Assembly (NCBI GenBank): GCA_035716645.1 | Contig: DASTJH010000052.1 | Coordinates: 3,206-67,205, forward strand | Origin: Terriglobales bacterium | GTDB lineage: Bacteria; Acidobacteriota; Terriglobia; Terriglobales; Acidobacteriaceae | Length of the DNA: 64,000 nucleotides | Reading direction: 5' to 3' | Shown: positions 55,531 to 64,000 of the stretch, piece by piece | Layout: every line of letters starts with the position of its first letter | Numbering within the stretch: the first letter of the stretch is position 1 | Notes under the pieces: model-generated | Databases searched by the model: none | Told to the model about the DNA's origin: nothing | The model's input: the letters and a program-made list of their open reading frames with translations, nothing else | Program-made: the position numbers and the translations under genes

Positions 55531-55725
55531 CTAGTAGGGGATCATGCGCTTGACTTTGGCTTCGTCAGCCTTGTCCACGAGCGTGTCAAGATCCAGGCGC
55601 CGCTTGCTCTTCTTCGACTTCGAAGTGAGAATGTGGCGCATAAACGCATGCCCGCGCTTCACATGACCGCTCGCGGTCTTCTTGAAGCGCTTGGCAGCGC
55701 CTTTATGGGTTTTCAGTTTCGGCAT
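55531..55725 (-). CDS. rpmI: 50S ribosomal protein L35
   Basis: [37 protein letters not shown]. Confidence 0.95.
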   Translation of the reverse strand: MPKLKTHKGAAKRFKKTASGHVKRGHAFMRHILTSKSKKSKRRLDLDTLVDKADEAKVKRMIPY

Positions 55726-55855
55726 AAGTTCATTTCGTGATCGGGCGATTTCTCCATTGGGAAGCACACGACTGCGAGAAATCAATCGAACGTCACGTCT
55801 AATCAGTATAAGGGTTAACCTCAGTTTTAGGCCAGAGGAAGCGATCGGCTCTCGG

Positions 55856-56122
55856 TCACTTGGAATGGCTGTCTAACTGTGACCAGAGGAACCCGAGCAA
55901 GAAGCTACAAATTGTACAGAGCGCAATGTCGCCGAATAAGCCAGTCCACACCCATCCGGCGCCGCCAACGAATCCGCCCTCGTGGTAAATCGTGAATGGA
56001 ACTCCGACATGCGAGTCGCAGTCCCAACACGCCACTCCCCATTTCAAGTCGATGTAGTTAGCAATAATGAGGCCGAGGCCCAGCACAACAAAAGTCAATG
56101 CATATTTGCTGCGAGTACTCAA
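55856..56122 (-). CDS. Small two-TM hypothetical membrane protein inserted between infC and rpmI
   Basis: 88-aa ORF with hydrophobic helices at both ends ([17 protein letters not shown] and [15 protein letters not shown]). Lower GC than its neighbours. Confidence 0.45.
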   Translation of the reverse strand: MSTRSKYALTFVVLGLGLIIANYIDLKWGVACWDCDSHVGVPFTIYHEGGFVGGAGWVWTGLFGDIALCTICSFLLGFLWSQLDSHSK

Positions 56123-56171
56123 GTTGACGCGTTATCACCCGATCTCGAAATCACGCAATCACGAAATGTCC

Positions 56172-56756
56172 TCAGGCTTGCTGCGCGGCTGGCGGATTGC
56201 CCTGCTGCGGCCGTGGCGGTTGTTGCTGCTTCTTGCCTTCGATCTTCTTAGGCGGCGCAAGGATCGCGTGCAGGGTATTGCCTTCCATGCGCGGTCGAAA
56301 CTCGACGATCGCGCGATCGCCGACTTCCTGCAACAGGCGCTCCAGGATCTGGCGGCCGAGATTGGTGTGCGTCATCTCGCGTCCACGGAAGAAAATCGTG
56401 GCCTTCACCTTGTCGCCCTGATCGAGGAAACGCAACACGTGGTTCTTCTTGAACTCGTAGTCGTGCTCGTCCACGTTGATGCGGAACTTGACTTCCTTGA
56501 GCGTGATGACCTTCTGATTCTTCTTGGCCGCGCGTTCCTGTTTTTCCTTTTCGTAGAGAAACTTGCCGTAGTCCTGAATGCGGCAAACTGGCGGATTCGC
56601 GGTGGGAGAAATCTCTACCAGGTCTAGTCCTCGTTCGCGGGCAATCTTGAGCGCCTCGTAAGGCGGCATAACGCCGAGTTGGGTTCCGGTGTCGTCAATC
56701 ACGCGGATTTCGCGGGCGCGAATACGCTCATTGGTGCGGATAAAACGCTTGTCGAT
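56172..56756 (-). CDS. infC: Translation initiation factor IF-3, with a probable non-canonical ATC start
   Basis: The conserved N-terminus NERIRAREIRVIDDTGTQLGV lies upstream of the first canonical start (GTG 56702). The frame is open back to TGA 56802-56804 with no ATG, GTG or TTG. ATC 56756 sits 5 nt after GGAGG. Confidence 0.85.
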   Translation of the reverse strand: MDKRFIRTNERIRAREIRVIDDTGTQLGVMPPYEALKIARERGLDLVEISPTANPPVCRIQDYGKFLYEKEKQERAAKKNQKVITLKEVKFRINVDEHDYEFKKNHVLRFLDQGDKVKATIFFRGREMTHTNLGRQILERLLQEVGDRAIVEFRPRMEGNTLHAILAPPKKIEGKKQQQPPRPQQGNPPAAQQA

Positions 56757-56829
56757 ACATTCCTCCGGGAAGATTGAGGACGGAAAGCCCTCAACGATAG
56801 ATCAGGGCTGAGTATAACAGATCAAGGAA

Positions 56830-56941
56830 AGTCAGAAGTCAGATCGGGTCAAGTCAGAAGTGGGTTTCGCCAAGTACGAGCTGTCCACCAAAGCCAAATC
56901 CCGTCGTCACTTCTGACTTGGCTCGATCTAACTTCTGACTT
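56830..56941. repeat. AGTCAGAAGT-word paired-arm element
   Basis: AGTCAGAAGTCAGATCGGGTCAAGTCAGAAGTG is inverted as CACTTCTGACTTGGCTCGATCTAACTTCTGACTT. The left arm matches 2597-2637. Confidence 0.85.
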
Positions 56942-57011
56942 TGCGGGTATGATGTGGGGACTCCGGAGCGAACGAGATTGGTGAGCTTGCTGCGGACCCA
57001 AATCCTTAAAG

Positions 57012-58361
57012 ATGAGACTCAACGGAACTCTTCTGAAGAGCACGATTGTCGCCGCGCTGGGCGGGCTGCTTTTTGGCTTTGATACAGCCGTCATCTCTGG
57101 CACGACTCACGGACTTACGCTCCAGTATCAACTCACGCCAAAGCTGCTGGGATTTACCGTGGCCAGCGCGCTGATCGGCACTTTGATCGCGGCGGCGCTG
57201 GCCGGCATTCCCGGCGACCGATACGGGCGCCGCGACAGCCTGCGCGTCATGGCAGTGCTTTATCTTGTGTCGGCAGTCGGATGCGCCTTTGCCTGGAACT
57301 GGTCGGCACTGGTGATCTTTCGCTTCATCGGTGGATTGGGCATCGGTGGCTCGTCTGTGCTCGGGCCGATGTACATCGCGGAGATTGCGCCGGCATCCTG
57401 GCGCGGACGTTTGGTCGGATTGTTCCAGTTCAACATCGTCTTCGGTATCCTGCTCGCGTATTTTTCTAACTACTTGATTGGCCTGCAAGGATTCGGAGCC
57501 CACGAATGGCGATGGGATCTAGGTGTTGCCGCAGTGCCGGCATTCCTGTTTTTCATCACCCTGTTTGGCATTCCGCGCAGCCCGCGCTGGCTGGTGGAAG
57601 TTGGACGCGTGCCGGAGGCGAGCACGGTCCTGCAGCAGATCGGGGCAGCCGACCATCAGCGGGAATTGCAGGCGATTGTTGATTCGATTGCCACAGCCCA
57701 GCATATCGGGAAAGAGCCGCTGTTTCAGCGGCGGTACGCTCTGCCGATCTTCCTTGCGATTTCTATTGGCTTTTTCAATCAGCTCTCCGGCATCAACGCG
57801 ATTCTCTATTACCTGAATGACATCTTCGCTCGCGCTGGATTCGGCAAAGTCTCGGGCGACTTGCAGGCGGTGGCGATTGGCGCCACCAATCTCGTGTTCA
57901 CCGTGATCGCAATGTCCGTGATCGACAAGATTGGACGCAAAACGCTGCTGCTGGTCGGCTCGGTGGGAACGGCAGCGAGCCTTGCCGGCGTAGCTAGTGT
58001 GTTTGCCACACATCGTCATGAAAACCTTCTGGTCTGGTTCCTCGTCGCGTTCATTGCCTTCTTCGCATTCTCGCAGGGAGCGGTGATTTGGGTGTACATC
58101 AGCGAAGTCTTTCCCAATGCGGTACGCGGAAAAGGCCAGAGTCTCGGATGCTTCAGCCACTGGTCCATGAATGCGCTGATCTCCTGGACGTTCCCGCTGA
58201 TGGCGGCGCATTCTGGTGCATATCCGTTCATGTTTTTCGCGGCAATGATGGTCGTGCAGTTCTTCGTCGTCCTGGTCGTTTATCCGGAGACGAAGGGCAT
58301 CACGCTGGAAGACATGCAAAAACGGCTGCAAGGCCGCAGCCTGTCGCGCGGGACGGCATAG
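57012..58361 (+). CDS. MFS sugar porter (sugar:H+ symporter family)
   Basis: GLLFGFDTAVISG, GDRYGRRDSL and PRSPRWL motifs. 12 TM helices. Confidence 0.85.
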   Translation: MRLNGTLLKSTIVAALGGLLFGFDTAVISGTTHGLTLQYQLTPKLLGFTVASALIGTLIAAALAGIPGDRYGRRDSLRVMAVLYLVSAVGCAFAWNWSALVIFRFIGGLGIGGSSVLGPMYIAEIAPASWRGRLVGLFQFNIVFGILLAYFSNYLIGLQGFGAHEWRWDLGVAAVPAFLFFITLFGIPRSPRWLVEVGRVPEASTVLQQIGAADHQRELQAIVDSIATAQHIGKEPLFQRRYALPIFLAISIGFFNQLSGINAILYYLNDIFARAGFGKVSGDLQAVAIGATNLVFTVIAMSVIDKIGRKTLLLVGSVGTAASLAGVASVFATHRHENLLVWFLVAFIAFFAFSQGAVIWVYISEVFPNAVRGKGQSLGCFSHWSMNALISWTFPLMAAHSGAYPFMFFAAMMVVQFFVVLVVYPETKGITLEDMQKRLQGRSLSRGTA

Positions 58362-58426
58362 AAGAAATCTTCAGGACAAATCCTATTCGCCTCGCCGCCG
58401 GTTCAAAGATTTAGACTAGTGGAGCT

Positions 58427-59644
58427 ATGGCTACCACGACGACCCGCGTCAGTCCTCTTTCCTACCTCAGCGAGCAAATCGAACAACTGAAGCAAAAAGG
58501 CACGCACTTTCGGCTTCGCGTCCTCGACGACGAACAGGAGCCGGTTTGTACTTTCGACGGCAAAAAAGTGATTAATCTCGCGTCAAATAACTACCTTGGC
58601 CTGACCACACACCCGAAGCTGCGCGAAGCGGCGCTGGAAGCGACCCGCAAATACGGAGTTGGCTCGGGAGCCGTGCGCACGATTGCGGGGACGATGCGCA
58701 TTCACATGGAACTGGAAGAGAAGATTGCGCGCTTCAAGAATGTGGAAGCATGCGTGGTCTTTCAGTCAGGCTTTACGGCGAACGCCGGCACCGTTTCTGC
58801 CATTTTGGGAAAAGAAGACTTCATCATTTCCGACGAGCTGAATCATGCGTCAATTATCGACGGCGCGCGGCTCTCGCGCGCCAAGATTCTCGTCTTCCGC
58901 CACAAAGATATGGCCCACGCCGAAGAGCAGCTTGCCTCGGTGAAAGATCAGCCCGGACACAAGCTCCTGATCACCGATGGCGTCTTCTCGATGGACGGCG
59001 ACATCGGCCCGCTGCCTGCCTTATGCGAGCTTGCAGAAAAATACGGCGCAATCATGATGGTCGATGACGCGCATGCCTCGGGCGTGCTAGGCCGCAACGG
59101 ACGCGGCACCATCGACCACTTCCACGTACACGGACGCGTGGATGTCCAAGTCGGCACGTTGTCCAAAGCCATTGGCGCCCTCGGCGGCTACGTCTGCGGA
59201 TCGCGCGATCTGATCGATTTTCTCTACCATCGCGCTCGACCGTTTTTGTTCTCGACTTCTCACCCTCCGTCTGTTGCCGCCACCTGCATTGCGGCCTTCG
59301 ACGTACTCGAACAGGAGCCGCAGTTGATGGAAAAGCTCTGGGAGAATACGCGCTTTTTCAAAAAAGAACTCGGGAATCTAGGATTCAACATCGGCGGCGT
59401 CAATACACCCGCCAGCGAAACCCCGATCACGCCAATCATTGTTGGGGACGGCAAGCTCACGATGCAGTTCTCGCGCGAACTCTTCGACGAAGGCGTAATG
59501 GCAACCGGCCTCGCGTTCCCGACGGTGCCGGAAGGGAAAGCGCGGATTCGGACGATCATGACCGCGACGCACACACGCGACGAACTGGATCAGGCGCTGG
59601 CGACGTTGAAGCGGGTAGGCGGTAGGTTGGGGATTATCCGATGA
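58427..59644 (+). CDS. kbl: Glycine C-acetyltransferase (2-amino-3-ketobutyrate CoA ligase)
   Basis: NNYLGL, SDELNHASIIDG, DDAHASG and GTLSKA (PLP lysine). 405 aa. Confidence 0.8.
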   Translation: MATTTTRVSPLSYLSEQIEQLKQKGTHFRLRVLDDEQEPVCTFDGKKVINLASNNYLGLTTHPKLREAALEATRKYGVGSGAVRTIAGTMRIHMELEEKIARFKNVEACVVFQSGFTANAGTVSAILGKEDFIISDELNHASIIDGARLSRAKILVFRHKDMAHAEEQLASVKDQPGHKLLITDGVFSMDGDIGPLPALCELAEKYGAIMMVDDAHASGVLGRNGRGTIDHFHVHGRVDVQVGTLSKAIGALGGYVCGSRDLIDFLYHRARPFLFSTSHPPSVAATCIAAFDVLEQEPQLMEKLWENTRFFKKELGNLGFNIGGVNTPASETPITPIIVGDGKLTMQFSRELFDEGVMATGLAFPTVPEGKARIRTIMTATHTRDELDQALATLKRVGGRLGIIR

Positions 59645-59768
59645 GGCGAGTGGCTGGGAATTTCGAAGTGCCTTGCCTGTAGCGTGAGGGGTGCGATGTC
59701 ATCCATGAGCAGTTGACATCGCTCTTGGCGAGGTTATAGCACCAATGACTGCGCAACTTCCATATGAC

Positions 59769-59937
59769 TGTCATCCTGACGCCCGGTTTTGGCGGAAGGA
59801 CCTCGCGCGATGCTGAGGCCTAAATAGCTGCTTCCGGCTTTCTACGCTGAATTTCTCGTAGAAGAGCCGGGAGACCGCACTTGCAGAGGAAGCATTCGGC
59901 GGAGATCCTTCGCGCAAAAGACGCGCTCAGGATGACA
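59769..59937. repeat. GTCATCCTGA-family paired-arm element
   Basis: TGTCATCCTGACGCCCGGTTTTGGCGGAAGGACCTCGCGC with the inverted partner GGCGGAGATCCTTCGCGCAAAAGACGCGCTCAGGATGACA. The inner hairpins of the two arms differ. Confidence 0.8.
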
Positions 59938-59986
59938 TTAAATAAAGAGCATCGCTGAAACAGAGCCGTAAACTGACAGAGCCGGT

Positions 59987-61590
<1,604 letters not shown>

Positions 61591-61638
61591 GAACCGTTTC
61601 GGCTTGACCCTGGAGAACGGTCGGACTACTCTCATATC

Positions 61639-62100
61639 GTGCCTTCAGCCAGCAGATATCTTCGATTTGGCGCGGCGATTGTCGTGATCGTCGGAGCGCT
61701 CTCGTATCTGGCGTTTACCGGAGTTCAGGAGAGCAAGAGCTACTACGTCACGATCAAAGAACTGCAGAAAATGGGGCCGCAGTCGCATGAACGACTGCGC
61801 GTGGCGGGAACGGTGGTGCCAGGCAGCATCCACCGGCGCGGAGTCGGCGCGGACTTCCAGCTTGACGAGAACGGATTAAAGCTGAACGTTGCGTATCGCG
61901 GGTCTGAGCCGCCGCCCGATACTTTCAAAGACAACGCCCAAGCACTAGCGGAAGGAACCTACGGTTCCGACGGAGTTTTTCACGCGCAGCAACTCCAAGC
62001 CAAGTGCGCCTCCAAGTACGCTCCAGCAGCTAATCAGACCAAGTCCGCGAATGCCGCGCAAAAAGCAGCGAGCGCTGCTGCCAGTCAGAATTCTTATTAG
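61639..62100 (+). CDS. ccmE: Cytochrome c maturation haem chaperone CcmE, CXXXY variant
   Basis: N-terminal TM anchor and OB-fold core (LRVAGTVVPGSI...). The haem-binding position reads AKCASKY (Cys codon 62005-62007) instead of the usual AKHDEKY. Confidence 0.75.
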   Translation: MPSASRYLRFGAAIVVIVGALSYLAFTGVQESKSYYVTIKELQKMGPQSHERLRVAGTVVPGSIHRRGVGADFQLDENGLKLNVAYRGSEPPPDTFKDNAQALAEGTYGSDGVFHAQQLQAKCASKYAPAANQTKSANAAQKAASAAASQNSY

Positions 62101-62103
62101 CCT

Positions 62104-62826
62104 TTGACTGAGCTCTCCACTTCCGTTTTTGAAAGCTCGACCTCTACGCCCGCCGTTGTTCTCGATTCAATCAGCAAGCTGTTCGGACGTTTTGCCGCGC
62201 TGCACGACCTCACGGCAACGTTCGCCGCAGGACGCCTTTACGCGCTGCTCGGCGAAAACGGTGCTGGGAAGACTACTTTGTTGCGCATCCTTGCGGGACT
62301 GGCAAAACCGACACACGGGCGCGTACAAGCGCTTGGGGCCGAGCCGCAAAATGTAAGCGGACGAATCGGCTACATGGCGCACGCGATGCTTCTCTACGAC
62401 GAGCTCACGGCGCGAGAGAATCTTGAATATTTTCGCGGCCTCTATCCCGATCGCCCGAAAGTTTCGGTGGAAGAACTGCTGGAAGAAGTTAATCTGGCGC
62501 AAGTCGATCCCAACCGGCGTGTCACCGCGTATTCGCAAGGAATGAAACAACGTCTGGCGCTGGCTCGCGCGCTAATCGCGAAACCGGAGTTGCTGCTGCT
62601 GGACGAACCGTTTTCGAATGTCGATTCGAAATCCATCTCAACAATGTCGGCTCTATTAGCACGGCTGCGCGATGGCGGAGCCACAGTGATTGTGATTACT
62701 CATCAAATCGAAGCTCTGGCCGGCAACGCCGATGAGTGGATCACGATGCGCGCGGGAACGATTGTTCAGCGCCAGCGCTCGATTCCAAGTGCGCCAATGA
62801 TGGCCGTACGCGGAGGCGAGCGATGA
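62104..62826 (+). CDS. ccmA: Haem exporter ATP-binding protein CcmA
   Basis: Walker A GENGAGKTT, ABC signature YSQGMKQR, Walker B LLLLDEP. Adjacent to ccmB. Confidence 0.75.
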   Translation: MTELSTSVFESSTSTPAVVLDSISKLFGRFAALHDLTATFAAGRLYALLGENGAGKTTLLRILAGLAKPTHGRVQALGAEPQNVSGRIGYMAHAMLLYDELTARENLEYFRGLYPDRPKVSVEELLEEVNLAQVDPNRRVTAYSQGMKQRLALARALIAKPELLLLDEPFSNVDSKSISTMSALLARLRDGGATVIVITHQIEALAGNADEWITMRAGTIVQRQRSIPSAPMMAVRGGER

Positions 62827-63497
62827 TGCTGGCGCGGGCAGTCGGTTTGCATTTGCGTAAAGACTTTCGCCTGGAGTGGCGATCGAAGGATGCGATCAAC
62901 TCCATGCTGTTCTTCGCTTTGCTAGTGCTCGTGATTTTTACTTTTTCCTTCGATCCGCTGGCGGAAGAATCTCGCTTAATTGCAGGCGGCATTGGCTGGG
63001 TGGCGATGCTTTTTGCCACAGTTGTTGCGCTGAACCAGAGTTGGGCGCGGGAACTGCGCGACGGCGTCCTCGACGCTCTGCGCCTGGCGCCGGCTCCGCC
63101 GAATGCCTTGTTTCTTGGGAAGGTGATTGCCAACTTCCTCTTTGTTGCCGTAATTGAGGCGGTGATCACTCCGATTTTTGTGGTCTTCTACAACCTGCGT
63201 GTGATCGGCTCGGGGTGGCAGCTTTTGGCGGTCGCGGCGCTGGGCACGTGGGCGCTCGTGATCAACGGAACTTTCTTTTCCGCGCTCTCGATCCGCACGC
63301 GAAATCGCGAGCTGATGCTGCCGCTGGTCCTGTTTCCCATTTCATTGCCAGCGCTGCTAAGCATGGTGCTCGCCACCACGAATATTCTTACCGGCGAACG
63401 CGCGCCATTCGACTGGATCAAGCTGCTCGCCGTCTATGACGTGGTATTCACCACGGTTTGCCTGCTGCTCTTTGAGACGATTCTGAACGCGGAATAA
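62823..63497 (+). CDS. ccmB: Haem exporter membrane protein CcmB
   Basis: Six TM helices. DFRLEWRSKD start and the family-typical FDP.. segment. ATG 62823 overlaps the ccmA stop. Confidence 0.7.
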   Translation: MMLARAVGLHLRKDFRLEWRSKDAINSMLFFALLVLVIFTFSFDPLAEESRLIAGGIGWVAMLFATVVALNQSWARELRDGVLDALRLAPAPPNALFLGKVIANFLFVAVIEAVITPIFVVFYNLRVIGSGWQLLAVAALGTWALVINGTFFSALSIRTRNRELMLPLVLFPISLPALLSMVLATTNILTGERAPFDWIKLLAVYDVVFTTVCLLLFETILNAE

Positions 63498-63500
63498 TCG

Positions 63501-63905
63501 TCAAACCACACGGTTGCTGCTTTTCCTGCAATCTTCGCAAATACCGTAAATCTGGAACGTGTGACGCTTGGTCTCATAGTGGTACTTGCGCCCGATCTCC
63601 TGCTCCAGATGATCGACTTCGGGAGAGAAGAACTCGACTGATCCTCCGCAAATCGTGCAAACCATGTGGTGATGGCTGCGGCGGTTGTGCTGGTGTTCGT
63701 AGCGGGCGATGCCGTCGTGGAACGCAACTTCACTGGCCAGTCCGCATTCGGCGAGCAGCTTGAGCGTGCGATACACGGTGGTAAATCCGATGCGCGGATC
63801 GCGCTTGCGAACAAGCTGGTGCAACTGCTCGGTGGAAAGATGTTCGTGAGTTTCGAGGAACGTGAGTAGGATCGTGTCGCGCTGTTCGGTTTGCTTGAGT
63901 CCCAC
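63501..63905 (-). CDS. Fur-family metalloregulator (the N-terminus may extend beyond the window)
   Basis: GLKQTEQRDTIL..., HHHMVCTICG and CEDC motifs. The frame stays open upstream to base 64000 with no other start codon, so the true start may be off-window. Confidence 0.75.
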   Translation of the reverse strand: MGLKQTEQRDTILLTFLETHEHLSTEQLHQLVRKRDPRIGFTTVYRTLKLLAECGLASEVAFHDGIARYEHQHNRRSHHHMVCTICGGSVEFFSPEVDHLEQEIGRKYHYETKRHTFQIYGICEDCRKSSNRVV

Positions 63906-64000
63906 CCGCTTCAGGTGCCGATGAAAGCGCTCCTGCGCCTCGCGCAGCGATTCACGCGAGATCGCCGTCTGATCATCAATGCGCTTCTGCAGGACAGGCA

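Overview
This is a GC-rich chromosomal segment (GC not computed) that looks like an Acidobacteriota (Terriglobia-type) genome. Supporting this call are an ADOP-type duplicated FtsX permease, actinobacterial-order qcrCAB, and many GTCATCCTGAG-type intergenic palindromes. I can support about 62 protein genes, two decayed gene remnants and one tRNA-Ala(CGC). I see no rRNA, CRISPR array, intact transposase or integrase.

Coding content is mostly housekeeping:
- Translation and RNA metabolism: rpmH-rnpA-yidD-yidC-jag, infC-rpmI-rplT-pheS-pheT, rpsO-pnp, RNase J.
- Respiration and cytochrome maturation: qcrCAB, ccmE-ccmA-ccmB, a MxaJ-like binding protein followed by cytochrome c and a stand-alone coxB, type II NADH dehydrogenase.
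- Cell wall: murI, GerMN protein, amidase.
- Other: pilT, thiC, kbl, a serA-like dehydrogenase with a class V aminotransferase, a ClC channel, an MFS sugar porter.

Lower-GC, accessory-looking patches lie at about 40.7-42.0 kb, 43.2-44.5 kb and 48.6-51.5 kb. The last of these is next to tRNA-Ala.

The most unusual signal I can see directly is non-coding. Nearly every intergenic gap holds a BIME-like element made of paired inverted hairpin arms. The arms are built from short duplicated words and belong to many unrelated sequence families. A 1-kb gene desert at 20.2-21.2 kb is packed with such word arrays.

I did not find a convincing, complete new multi-gene system such as a defence system. The best candidates are listed as findings with modest scores. 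Gene starts are often uncertain because repeat arms donate spurious start codons to the ORF track.
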